A DNA stretch of 64,000 nucleotides from Carpediemonas membranifera BICM. Taxonomy: Eukaryota; Protista; Fornicata. Shown here one piece after another: positions 11,555 to 22,421 of this stretch (positions within the stretch are counted from its first letter, which is position 1; each line of letters starts with the position of its first letter). The notes beneath the pieces were generated by a model that saw only the letters and a list, made by a program, of their open reading frames with translations, did not search any database and had not been told where the DNA came from. Both the position numbers and the translations under genes were made by a program. The stretch is from positions 186,001 through 250,000 of the forward strand of contig JAHDYR010000005.1 in the NCBI GenBank assembly GCA_019828565.1, read 5' to 3'.

Positions 11555-11761
11555 TCAGTATGCTGCATATGTCTCAGCGAGAAAGGAGTCACCAATCGCG
11601 TTCAGCTTTCTTGTTTCTCGCCTGATAAGGCTCGTAATATCGTTCAAGCGTGAATCTATGAAGTAATGGGACTGAATGGCCTCTATTGCGTCAATTTCCT
11701 GCGTAATCGTTGTTGAATGGTCTAGAATAGATGTTGCAGCTACTTCCAGCTCATGTTGCAT
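11555..11761 (-). CDS. Small hypothetical ORF (68 aa), also intact at 48516-48722
   Basis: Open in both element copies; no recognisable motif. Confidence 0.3.
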   Translation of the reverse strand: MQHELEVAATSILDHSTTITQEIDAIEAIQSHYFIDSRLNDITSLIRRETRKLNAIGDSFLAETYAAY

Positions 11762-12428
11762 GCTAAATGCTGTGTTTTGGACAATTGGTCGTGTTCAGGC
11801 AGAATTTTTTCGTGCAAAGTGCAGGCTAATACCCGTCCTTAAACTGTGGGATCAGCCGCTGGGTAAATATACTGAGAAAAAACCATATAGCTGAGTTCAC
11901 TGTCTTGTGCTGAATACGGTGGCGCCATTTATTTCTCTGAATCGTCAAGTTTTGTCAGCGTTGACCGCGCAAGACCGGTCGTCCTTACGCGATGTCACCA
12001 ACACCATCATATTCTTCCCCCTGACATTCTACGTGTCCCCCAGTCTGGATTCGTGGTCTGCAATATTCACAGAGATATTCGCCTTCTCTTTCGCGAATTT
12101 GACTCTGATCAAGTCGAAAAACGAAAAAACGACCATATCTCGAAATCTACACGTTGGAATCGGTACCAGAGTGATTTTGCGCATATGTACATCCCGTCAG
12201 CAGTCTGCAAAATCACTCTCGTACCGATTCCAACGTGTCAATTTTGAGATATTGCTCGTTTCATCCTTTTGCCTTAACCTGCGTCGCAAAGAAGTCGAAA
12301 TCAGTGGTTAGACCGCACTGGACCTCTTGCAGGCTCTCTGCATACGCGCTTTAGTATGCAATGAAGGTATTCATTTTCCCGTAAATTGTTTAAATTCAAT
12401 GAATACTTCATTTTCGGTCCGGAAGAAA

Positions 12429-12502
12429 TAGATAATCTAGGGTTTTTAGGCCCTAGATTATCTAGAAAAAATCGTAGATTATCTGCCGACTTTCACAGTA
12501 TG
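12429..12502. repeat. Transposon end with subterminal TAGATWATCT repeats
   Basis: TAGATAATCTAG, CTAGATTATCTAG, GTAGATTATCTG, then CACAGTATG. Confidence 0.8.
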
Positions 12503-13065
12503 TCGGGTAATCTTGTCGAGAACATGGCCGATTACGTGCTGACATTCAAGGAGACGTGTTCCTACTTCGGCGAGCTGCAGCCTCAAGCCAAGCAACTCGT
12601 GGAGGCGTTCGTCGCGGGAGTCCGCTATCAAGTCCTGAGAGAGCGAATCGGCGCCAAGAAGAAGAGCAAGGATCTGGAGGAGACCATGAAGGTGGCTTTT
12701 GAGCAAGCCCTGGAGGCTGAGAAGGGTAGACGTGAGGCGCAGCGTCAGTCAGTTGAGTCGAAGGGCGAGAAGACCAAGAAGAAGCATGAAGACAAGACGT
12801 CTACCAAGTGCCCCTACTGCAACAAGGTGGGCCACGATGCCACAAAGTGCTGGAAGAAGCAGAGGGACGAACGCAAGAAGGGTGTAAAAACTCAGGCTTG
12901 TTTCTCTCTGTCTTCATTTCCTCTTTGGTCGCCCGGGGGACCGCGAAGCGTCCTGAAGCCGTGGTGTGTGTAGACGGTCGCGACGTTAACACATTGCTAG
13001 ACACCGGGGCCGACGCAGATTTTGTCGACAAGACGTTGATCGACGAGTTGGGGTTCGCTTACTTA
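12503..13065 (+). pseudogene. Ty3/Gypsy gag-protease fragment
   Basis: CPYCNKVGHDATKC zinc knuckle and LLDTGA protease motif in the next frame; homologous to the gag at 30807-31983. Confidence 0.85.
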
Positions 13066-13609
13066 GACGCTGGGTCGAGGGCACACACTACCTGGCTGAT
13101 GACACCCCCATCTGGCGAGTCATAGTCAACGGGCGCCTGAGCAGAGACAAACCGCTCACAGCCGCACACCTCCGACGAGTCGTGAAGGCGTTGTTCGGTC
13201 CACGGAAGGGTCTCCACAGCTTCCGTAAGGGGGCAGCGTCGGAGATGGCTCTCTCAGGAGTCCCGCTGGAGGTGATCCTCTCAATGGGCACATGGAAGGA
13301 CGTCACCTCCCTCCGCAGCTATGTCGCTGACGCCATCAGAACAAACGAGGACCTCACCAGGAGGATGAACCTCAGCCTTCTCGGGCCCCACTTTTAACCA
13401 CCCCCTCCATTAAACATCCGCGTTCGAGGGGAACGGCCGAGGCGAGACGGACTCGCCGGCCTGGATTCATCATTAATTCTTAACTCTGGTCGAGGCGAGA
13501 TAGACTCGCCGGCCCAAAGCCTTAGTCCCACAGGGACGTCTTGCGGGATTGTCCCATTTTGGTTGGATTTAAGAGGAGGGCTCTCTGTTATAGAGCCACA
13601 CTTTGTGGA
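13061..13609 (+). mobile_element. 3' fragment of DIRS-like family F (YR C-terminus and 3' end)
   Basis: Near-identical to ~39885-40380; HSFRKG, GTW, RSYV. Confidence 0.9.
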
Positions 13610-14236
13610 TCCTAGGCCAGCTCCAGTACTTCTCCGACACCTGAGTTTCACATGAGCTCACGGGCACCCTGGAGTGCCGAGGCGCGGGCGAGACCCCAGC
13701 GGGACCGGGTCGCCGTGCTAAGAGGTTGGATCTGGTGGCAGTTTCGGATACGAATCGAGGTGATTCGATCCGGGAGAATCGATGGCGCAATCGACTGAAA
13801 ATGGAGTCAGACCAAGAGAAATGGCGGAAGAGATCGCCACGTCCACACAAGGACAGCAAATTGAGGTCGAAACAATCGTAGAAACTACCGAAAACGATCA
13901 GACCAGCAGAATCGCCGATCGGGTCACTTCTTCCATCGCGCCAGCTCTAAGCGCGCTTTCCGAACGGCTTCAGCGGCTCGAAGGCGCGTCACGTACCGCT
14001 AACGAGGAACAACTGCTTGTAGATCCGTTTACTCTCACGCTCGAGCTTCCTTCTCGCTTCGGCTTACGCGATGAGGCCCGCTTCCTCCGAGAGCTGATGC
14101 GTGATTGGCGCTTACAGGTTCTCGATGAACAAGGTCTCGAGCTACGCCTTCTCGCACGCTACAAGCTCCTCATGGTCAAGGACGAGTACGACGACGCCAC
14201 TTCTGACCGTGCCGCTAACCTCCTGCGGGCCACTAC

Positions 14237-14338
14237 TGTGGGTTCGTGAGAACAAAGCTTTACAAAGAATAGAGCTCGACACCCATGTGTCGAGCTGGAC
14301 GACTCAAGACTATTAAATAATCTATTGATGAACCAACA
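14237..14338 (-). repeat. 3' LTR of Gypsy B (102 bp)
   Basis: Direct repeat of 20268-20369. Confidence 0.95.
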
Positions 14339-15102
14339 CTTCCCTCCCATGCTCCGGTAGAGCATCAAAAAACTCAACACTATTATGAAGGGTGTGCTAG
14401 GTGCTTGGTCCGGGTGAATTGCCCAGATACAAGCTCCAGTAACCGTCGCTTCCATGGGGACTCGCCATGGAGCCGGAGTTGGCAATGGACTAAGCCCTAT
14501 TGCCTGAACCGTTGTGAGCTCGGGACTTTCGAGTTCACCGGATACCCGTTGACCAGACTGGCTATAGAAACCCTGAGTCTTATGCCCGGCGTGATGTCAA
14601 GTCACGTTTCTGAGATATGCTTACCTCACTACCAAATCTAAATTACCTAATATTATCTGATCAAATCTTGCGTGGTACCACTGTATTAGCGCGCTATGTT
14701 ATGGGTATCCTTACCTGGGGTCCTGCCCTCTTGAAAGTCTTTGAAACATACCCGACGATTCTGAAAGGGTCAAATGGCGCACTTTTAGGTGCCATCGATG
14801 TCCCCATGTCAATTCTTACCAGAGGTTGGTTACATTCCGCCTAATCTTACACGGCGTTCAAAAAACGGGTTAAGAGGCTCCAATTCCTTCTCGTTCGCGA
14901 GATATGGCACTTTTTCGTTTTGCACCGCCGGAAACACTTTTTGGATCCCGAAAACGCGGCTATATTGAATAACAACATCAGTTCCACCATGTAAACAACT
15001 CTATGTTCCACTTCTGAACAGCATTGTTGCGTAACCATTGCGTTTCATCGATTTCGCATTTTTTGCTTTCTGGAAAGTCGACTTTCTAGACGATCACAGC
15101 TC

Positions 15103-16224
15103 ATGGGGGATTTCGACGCCGCTGTGGAAACTATTCTAAATCGTCTTACGACTAACACTTCGAGAATGCAATTTTGCCGTCTCCTCCGTCGCCATATCTC
15201 TGAAACTGGTTCCTACCTCGAGCTGTTCACCCCTTACCAGCCGCGACGTGCTCCTAGGCGCCAAAACGTCCCTAATGTCCCAGAGGAACTTGCTGGCGCC
15301 GTAACCAGTTCTGCATCTGACAGCGAGAGCGTTAACGCCGTCGACCTACGCTACCTTCCGGCTTCTCCTGACCCAACCGACAATGAGTCTGACTCCGAGT
15401 CGGACGACACCCCGCCATCCCTCTCTGGCTACGTGGAACTCGTCACCCGGCAGGCAGTCAGCTACTACTGGAACTCTACCCGGACTGAGTTACTGCTGCT
15501 CACCGACAACCGGCTGCACTCTTACACCCGCGCTTCCGCTGCAGTGCACTCGCATGACGCCGGCGCTGATCTCTGCCGTGACGCTATCGTACTCCAGGCG
15601 ATGTCGGCTTACCTCTCCATACGTCGCGATTCGACTGATGCTGCCATCGTTTCAGCCTACCTCACTGCTGTTCGAGACAAACGCGCGTATGTGCCGAACG
15701 CGCTCAAGCAAGAGATCGAGAATCGCTCTGGCCTCAGCATCGTCACCATGCGTCCTCATGTCTTCCGTGCTGTCATGCTCGGCCACGATGTCAACCTATA
15801 TTTTGTGCTGCACATGGGAGAGGCCCTCGGTATCCTCACCCGCGCTGATTGCGCTGAGTTCGCTCGTCAGTACTTCGCTCGCATGCGTAGCGGCGCTTCC
15901 TTCGACGACGCAGAGTTCAGTCTTCTGTCAGGCTTCATGCCGGTTACTGCTGACCGCGCCCCGTCGCTGACTCTGCAAGACATGACTTCTGCAGCCTTCA
16001 CGGTCTCGCGTGTTTGGCATTATCGTTTTGACGCCCCTGGTCTTCTGCGCCTGCATGTCAGTTATGAGGAATGCCCCAATGTGAGCAGCATTGCCATCGC
16101 TACTCGGCGCATGCAGACTCACCCTGCCGTTGCCCAGTTCCTCACTGAGCATCTGTCTTACGAGTCTTACCTCGCCGACGACGTTGCCCTCGATGGTAAC
16201 GTCCGTTGTGACACTTGCGAATAA
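15103..16224 (+). CDS. Antisense accessory protein of Gypsy B (373 aa), with C-terminal degenerate chromodomain
   Basis: Intact ATG ORF between the 3' LTR and the end of pol, convergent with pol; FTVSRVWHYRFDAPGLLRLHVSYEE...AVAQFL. Confidence 0.7.
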   Translation: MGDFDAAVETILNRLTTNTSRMQFCRLLRRHISETGSYLELFTPYQPRRAPRRQNVPNVPEELAGAVTSSASDSESVNAVDLRYLPASPDPTDNESDSESDDTPPSLSGYVELVTRQAVSYYWNSTRTELLLLTDNRLHSYTRASAAVHSHDAGADLCRDAIVLQAMSAYLSIRRDSTDAAIVSAYLTAVRDKRAYVPNALKQEIENRSGLSIVTMRPHVFRAVMLGHDVNLYFVLHMGEALGILTRADCAEFARQYFARMRSGASFDDAEFSLLSGFMPVTADRAPSLTLQDMTSAAFTVSRVWHYRFDAPGLLRLHVSYEECPNVSSIAIATRRMQTHPAVAQFLTEHLSYESYLADDVALDGNVRCDTCE

Positions 16225-16249
16225 ACAGTTTCTGATGCTTGGGGGCCAT

Positions 16250-19200
16250 TTATTCGGCCTTCCCCAGATATATATCCAACGCTTCGCATCCCTTAACGTT
16301 CTGGTACGGCTCCCACGTATCTTCCGAAGGCTCGTACCCTGCCCATCGGACGTGGAACTGCCGATCGCTGAGTCTGCGCTCATGCGTTGCTTCGTATATC
16401 GACTCCACGACATACTCGCCGATCGTCACTGCTGCTAGCTCTTGGGCATGTTGCATGGACAGCTCGCCTGAAAATGGTCTGACCCTCTCGGACGCGACCT
16501 GGAATTCGGTCCTCGTATTGACATCTCTAACCCAGTAACCAACAGGAAAGTCATTCCTCATGATAGGCTGGATCAGTTGCATGGGGCCTCGCCACCCTGC
16601 AGCCAACTTTGATGGTGGCCCATTCGGGTATTTGACCAATACAAACTCAGACGTAATTGGTTCAGGAGGGGGCAGCTTGCTGAGAGCGTCAGCGTGCATT
16701 GCCTTAATACGTGCTTCAGCGAGCTCTCGAGCGAGTTTGGCAGCAGCTACGTTGCTCGCTGGTTGGCTGACCGCCTTCTCACCCAGTTCTTTGACGATTA
16801 GCATGTCGGCCGGTACGCGCAGATCACTACCAAAAATCACCTCTGCTGGGGTTAAACGCGTTGCTGAGTGTGGTGTCGCGTTGACAATGTACTGTGCAAC
16901 TGGCAACGACTCCGACCACAGCTCCGACCTCAGCTCGTACTGCCGCGCCCTCAGAATACGCTCGACTCTGCTGTTCGCTCGTTCGACCACTCCATTTGAC
17001 TGTGGATGATATGGAGTGGTTGTATGGATTGAAAAGCCAACTCGGACGGACAAGTCCTTGAACAGCTTGTTGACAAACTGCTTGCCTCCGTCTGTTTGGA
17101 GGACTCGAGGGACTCCATACCTGAGTATCCACTGGTCAGCAAATGCTCTGACAGCTTCGTCGGCTCTCGTTGTCTTCAGCGGAATGAGCTCGGTCCACCT
17201 CGAAGCCATATCGACTACTACTAAAAATGAACTTGTATCCGAGCGACTCGGGCAACGGACCGATAGTGTCCATTGCTACCTTCATGAACGGCCTGAGTCC
17301 GGCTGTATGTAAGTATGCCCTGGCGGCTTCAGCTGGTTTTTGCTGTGAGTTGACATACCGGACATCTGTCGATCACCCTCGCCACCTGATCCACGGGCGC
17401 CCTCTTGCCTTGTGTCCTCAAGAATTGTATCGTGGTATGCAGTGGCAGGTGAGCTTGCCCGTGTCTGTGTGCCTCAGCTATCTCCGTCTCAGACGCCACT
17501 GGCAACCGATCTGCCGATGCCGCAAACACGCGACTGAGACCATCGGCTGCACTGTTATCCACTCCGGCCACATGTTTGATCGTGAAATCAAGATCAGATA
17601 TTGATTCGTACCACCGTTGAACCTTGGAGTTGGAAGAACGCGACATAAACACAAGATTGCGATGATCAGTCAGCAATGTGAATGGTGTCCAACACAAGAA
17701 CCTGCGCCACCTCTGCAACGCGGAAACGATTGCATACGCCTCCTGTTCAATTGTGCTCCATCTCGTCTGCACATCGTTGAAAGACTTGCACATGTATGAC
17801 ACCGGCTTACCGTCTTGTAGCAACACTCCGCCAATTCCAAGGTCTGACGCGTCAGTCATGACGACGTGCTCACGGGTAACATCGAAGTGTTCGAGGGCGG
17901 GAGCCTGACACAGCAGATCTTTGACCTGCGCCAAAGCCTCGACCTGATCGCTGCCGTCGGGAGGTGCCTTGCCACACGCGGCTTGAGCTAAAGGGTGCAC
18001 GATCCTCGAAAAACCTGGCACAAAATCTCTCATGAAGTTCAAGAATCCCATTAGGGCTTGAGCGGCCTTCTTCGTCTTCGGGACACGCAGCGTCTCAACA
18101 TCCCGAATGCGGTCTGGCGCAATTCTAAATCCTGTACCCGACACCACCCAGCCTAAGAACTCGACTTCTGCGAGTCCAAAGTGTGACTTCTCCTTGTTGA
18201 GGCTGAGTTTCAACTCTTCGGCCCTCGCCAACACCTTGTTCAAGTTGGACAAGTACTCTTGCTCTGTGCGGCCGAAAATTATAATGTCGTCAATATATAT
18301 GATACACGCGGTACCAAGTAGATCGTGGAATCCCCGTTCAATTGCAAACTGGAAATGCGCCCCAGCGTTTTTTCAATCCAAACGGCATGCCCGTATACTG
18401 GAACTTGCCTCGTGGGGTCTGGAACGCAGTGTATTGTCTCGACCTTTCGGACAACTTGACTTGATGATAACCCTTCGAAAGGTCAATCGTGGCGAAGATC
18501 TTAGCTCCTGCCAACCGTGCGAGGCACGCTTGAACCTCTGGGATCGGGTAATCAAACGGCTCAGTCAGGTCGTTGATCCTTCTGAAATCGACAACCATAC
18601 GAGTTCTGTCTCGGCCCTTCGGGACGAGGAGAGCTGGAGACGAGTACGGAGAGAAACTCGCCTCAATATACTTCTTGGCTAACAGCTCCCGGACGTGCTC
18701 ATCAAACAGACCCTGCTTCTGGTGAGGGATGTAATTTGACCTGGACGCTACTACTCGGTCCTCCTTCAAGATCAGGTCATAAGGCTCTAAGGCAGAAAAC
18801 CCCTCACGCTCCTCGAAGCAACGGCTGAACTTGGCGATGATTCGCGCATGCATCGCTGTAAAATCTGTTGACATAGTGTAGGACTGCATCGCGTCCATTG
18901 GGGGGACGGACGGTTCCATATCGTCAGAGTCCCGGCTCGCTTGAGATTCCGCGACACTGGGCAGGATGCCCCACTCAACCATCGTTGGGTACGACAATAG
19001 AAGGTCGTAGATGCATTCAACTCCGTATGCGGCGACAGTAGTCGACAGTGCCTTTGGAGTGAAAGGTGACTTATGCATGAGAAGGGGAATCTCATAGCAA
19101 ACGTCGGACTCAATAGATCCCCCTGGAGTCTTGATGACGATAGGTTGACTGAGCTTCGTCGGAATAAGTTCAGCAGCGGTTGCCGACTGGGGGTTCACCA

Positions 19201-19310
19201 AGCAAATATCCGCCCCGCAGTCGAAAAGTACACGCTCCCATTGCACACTGTGATCATTACCGACCGGAACCTCTGCTGTTACTATCGGGAGCGCGTTGCT
19301 GTGTCTGACT
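16250..19310 (-). CDS. pol: Gypsy B pol (PR, RT, RNase H, integrase, chromodomain); three homopolymer frameshifts
   Basis: LFDCGA; DLSKGYHQ; YIDD; TDASD; DTIGP/TDGG/VER; YVVESI..WAGY..DTWEP. Confidence 0.9.
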
Positions 19311-20252
19311 CAACGATGTCAGGACATGACCGGGTGCACGAGAAAAGGATGAACAAGCCTGGGGGTTTACTGAAGTACCCCGACAGAACTTGTCTTGATG
19401 TCCCTGCTTACCGCACTTGCTGCAGACAGTCTTCGGGTTCCGACACTGGCGCGATGTGTGACCGGATTTGCCGCAGTTGTAGCACACGATGGTACGGCTG
19501 GTGCTCTGATGATCGGTGCTTGAGCCGGTCTGCTGACTTCTCTGCATTTCAGACTGGGCTCCCCGGTACTGGTGCTTGCCATGAGACTGGTGCTCACCCG
19601 GGTGAGGCGGGCCGCCCTGTCGGCGCAGACCTCGAGAATGGCTTGCGCGCTGGTCCTTAGGAGGGCGGTTTCGAGGCTGAGAATCGGACTTGATGGTCCT
19701 GGAAGTAATCATCGCAGCCTCTTGGAGACGCTTGCACGTCTGGAGAGCGACCTGGATGGTGCTGTTAAGGTCAAGCCCTGTAGCCGCCTCCTTGACTTCC
19801 CTACGGAGGTCCTCGTCCTGGATTCCCTTCACGAACATGCTGCGCATCACGGCGTCGGAGAAAGAGGGAGCCAAGACGGCCTTGCGGCTGATGAATCTGT
19901 CGGCATAGAGTGAGAGACGTCCCACGTCAATACCCTGGGTCGTTAGCTGGAAAAGACGGCGCTCTAGGATCGGATCAGTGGGCTTAATTGCGTTAGCAAT
20001 CGCTCTGAAAACGAGGTCCTCTCTCTCATGTTTCTTACGCTTCTCGCCCGTCACTGTGTTGTGCTTCGCGCTCTTGTATGTCTTGGCTACGTCTATACCA
20101 ACTGCTGCACAGTATGAGGTGACAGCCGGACCCAAACGCTTGATAAGTCGGCGTTTTCCGCCCGTTCGGACATGGCGATCGAGTTTCTCCTTAAACGAAA
20201 GCAGAGCATTAATCTCTGGTTGAGTACATAACGGACCCTTGTCCTCAGTCAT
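19257..20252 (-). CDS. gag: Gypsy B gag with two CCHC knuckles
   Basis: CYNCGKSGHTSRQC, CSKCGKQGHQDKFC. Confidence 0.9.
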   Translation of the reverse strand: MTEDKGPLCTQPEINALLSFKEKLDRHVRTGGKRRLIKRLGPAVTSYCAAVGIDVAKTYKSAKHNTVTGEKRKKHEREDLVFRAIANAIKPTDPILERRLFQLTTQGIDVGRLSLYADRFISRKAVLAPSFSDAVMRSMFVKGIQDEDLRREVKEAATGLDLNSTIQVALQTCKRLQEAAMITSRTIKSDSQPRNRPPKDQRASHSRGLRRQGGPPHPGEHQSHGKHQYRGAQSEMQRSQQTGSSTDHQSTSRTIVCYNCGKSGHTSRQCRNPKTVCSKCGKQGHQDKFCRGTSVNPQACSSFSRAPGHVLTSLSQTQQRAPDSNSRGSGR

Positions 20253-20267
20253 TGTAAGTAACGTTAC

Positions 20268-20369
20268 TGTGGGTTCGTGAGAACAAAGCTTTACAAAGAA
20301 TAGAGCTCGACACCCATGTGTCGAGCTGGACGACTCAAGACTATTAAATAATCTATTGATGAACCAACA
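20268..20369 (-). repeat. 5' LTR of Gypsy B
   Basis: Direct repeat of 14237-14338. Confidence 0.95.
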
Positions 20370-20504
20370 CTACTATTCGATCCGAAGCTGACATCGACGA
20401 GGCTATTGCCAAGGCCAAGTCCAAGGGGGCTCGCAAAGCCCGTTCTTTTCGCGGACAGGGCAAACGCGAACACCGCTACTAACACTTCCTTCAACACCCT
20501 TGCG

Positions 20505-21333
20505 ACTCTGCCAAGGGGACTTTCCGCGCAGCTCTCAGCGGCGAGTCGATCAACGTCAAGGAGCTCGTAGCCGTCCTCCTAGGTTCACGCCTCATTCCGA
20601 GACAGCTCGAGGTCAGGCACTTGACCGTCTTCACGGACAACACAACCTGCATGGCGTGGATCAACAAGCCGGGCTCAACCAAAGCTCCACCGCTGGCTCT
20701 GCTAACCCTCAGGACGCTTTATCGGGAGCTAGAGGAGAAGAACATCCTGATCAAGACACGCCACACACCAGGACACCTCAACATTACGGCCGACAGGCTC
20801 TCACGAGGCGTGCCGCTAGAGCCCCTCCACACACCACGCCATATATTGGAGATCATGATGCTGAGGTGGGGCCGGTCGACTCAGATGCGACTGCACACCC
20901 AGACCGCTCTCTGGCCCTGCCAGGCTTCGCCAAGCAGGGTTGGCCCGATGGGCTGGAGAGGGACTGGACGGACAAACGCGTGTTCGCTGCCCCACACCCG
21001 AGCCTCATCCCGAAGATATGCCAGCGCTTGATGTCGACCCCAGGGACCCCGACTACGTTCCCCCCAAGAGCCTGGCCGGCATCACTTTTCCTCGTCGTAC
21101 CATACACAGTCGCGCCAGAGCTCCGCCTCCTCAAGTCCAGAGCAACCTGCAAGTTGACCTTCTCGGTACACCACAGTCAGCTCGCCGCCGAGGACCAGGC
21201 TGCTCTCAAATACACGCAGCGCCCGAACGGCACAGTTCGCCTGCTAGCCCTCGCCTTCCCGACGTTTTCGAGCGCGTCCGCAACCACCCCAGCCTTGCAC
21301 ACATGCGAAGAGATGAGTCCAAGAGAACGGTAG
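20505..21333 (+). pseudogene. RNase H and Dam-methyltransferase-like remnant of DIRS A
   Basis: FTDNTTC, ADRLSR, then VDSDATAHP...DGLERDWTDKRVFAAPHP after a frameshift. Confidence 0.75.
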
Positions 21334-22162
21334 CGGGCTACATCACCGCGTTCCTGGCAGCCAGAGACCCGGAAGAGGACGACACCGACGAGTACCGCTC
21401 CTTCCTTGAGGAGCAGGCCGAGCACTTCTCTCCGGCAACAGTCGAGAGGAAGGGCTATTGGATCGAGCAACTGGCTCCTCTCGTCTCTGACTGGGTTGCC
21501 GGCCAGTACTGCTCGCAAATCCGCAGAGGCATCTCAGGACACGCCAACATCGACGGCATGACGAGCGGCTCCGCGCCGGTCTTCAAGGAGGCCATGATCC
21601 GGGCTCTAGCAGAGAGGAACAAGGACATAGCCACTTACCAGGCGACCATGTTCGCGGCGTTCGCTTACATCACAGTCAGTAGGGGAGCGGAGATCTTCCG
21701 CCTCACGCCAGCCGACATCTCGTTCGCAGCGAATGGTGATGCCCGCCTGAGATTAGGGAGGACCAAGACCATGACACGAGTGACAAAGTCTCTACTTAAC
21801 GTTCTCCTGGGGCCTTTCAATCCCGCCCTTGCTCTTAAGAGGTGGCTCGCGGGCCTGTCCCTCCCGCCTGACGCCTGCATCTGGCGGGCCGTCACAGCTT
21901 CCACAAAAGCAAGAGGCACCCAGCCACCATGAGAGCGTTGAGAAACGAGCTGAAACGCGCCTTCAACAACGACCGCGTCGGTTTACACAGTTTCCGCAAG
22001 GGAGCTGCGTCGGAGCTCGCCCTCTCCGGCATGCCAGTCGAAACGCTCCTCCAGCTCGGCACTTGGGCCAACGGGAACTCACTTAGGCCGTATATCGGAG
22101 AGGCCATGCGTAATCATCCCACGCAATTGCGGCGCACAGCGCGCACACTATTGGAGCACTAA
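20940..22162 (+). CDS. Tyrosine recombinase of DIRS A (frameshift near 21925)
   Basis: TVSRGAEI, RTKT, HSFRKG, GTW, RPYI. Confidence 0.85.
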
Positions 22163-22348
22163 GCCACAACCCATAAAATCCATCGCACCGGTGAGCAGTC
22201 ACAGAGACGCCCGGTACCGCAGCGCGCAAAGAGCCGCTGGGTCAGCTAGCATTGAGCAGCTGTGTGGACGGCAGGTCCTTGGGTAAGAGTGTATATGTTG
22301 TGTGGCCAGCAAAATCTGGCGCGTTCATCGGGAGGAACGATAATAAAC

Positions 22349-22421
22349 TGGTCCACGTGGGGCTCGAACCCACGACCTTTGGCTTATCAGACCAACGATC
22401 TACCGACTGATCTAGCAGACC
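22349..22421 (-). tRNA. tRNA-Ile (anticodon GAU)
   Basis: GGTCTGC TA GATC AGTCGGTA GATC G TTGGT CTGATAA GCCAA AGGTC GTGGG TTCGAGC CCCAC GTGGACC A folds as a full cloverleaf. Confidence 0.92.

Larger units (their letters stand above)
1..12502 (+). mobile_element. Large multi-gene DNA transposon, CMC/Transib-like, transposase-coding copy; left end lies outside the window
   Basis: Ends ...TTTCACAGTATG at 12502 (terminus CATACTGT, as at 47775/56694) after three TAGATWATCT repeats. ~11195-12000 is a near-identical inverted match to ~48270-49070. Shares the OTU gene and a noncoding block with 47775-56694. Gypsy gag sequence starts directly at 12503. Confidence 0.75.
14237..20369 (-). mobile_element. 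Ty3/Gypsy chromovirus B, full length
   Basis: Identical 102-bp TG..CA LTRs; 4-bp TSD CTAC (14233-14236 / 20370-20373); PPT GGGAGGGAAG; gag-PR-RT-RH-IN-chromodomain order. Confidence 0.95.
13610..22340 (+). mobile_element. DIRS-like YR retrotransposon A, RT deleted, interrupted by Gypsy B; ends approximate
   Basis: ORF1 13782-14236 + 20374-20482 rejoins as LRATTIRSEADIDEAIAKAK. RNase H (SINVKEL, FTDN, ADRLSR) follows almost immediately, then MT-like and YR regions. Confidence 0.82.

Noticed and set aside
17200-18380. Programmed frameshifts in Gypsy B pol
   Set aside because: The shifts near 17222, 17340 and 18370 lie in A/T homopolymers that are shorter and in frame in the second copy, which has its own at ~45866. 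Sequencing error or decay is more likely.
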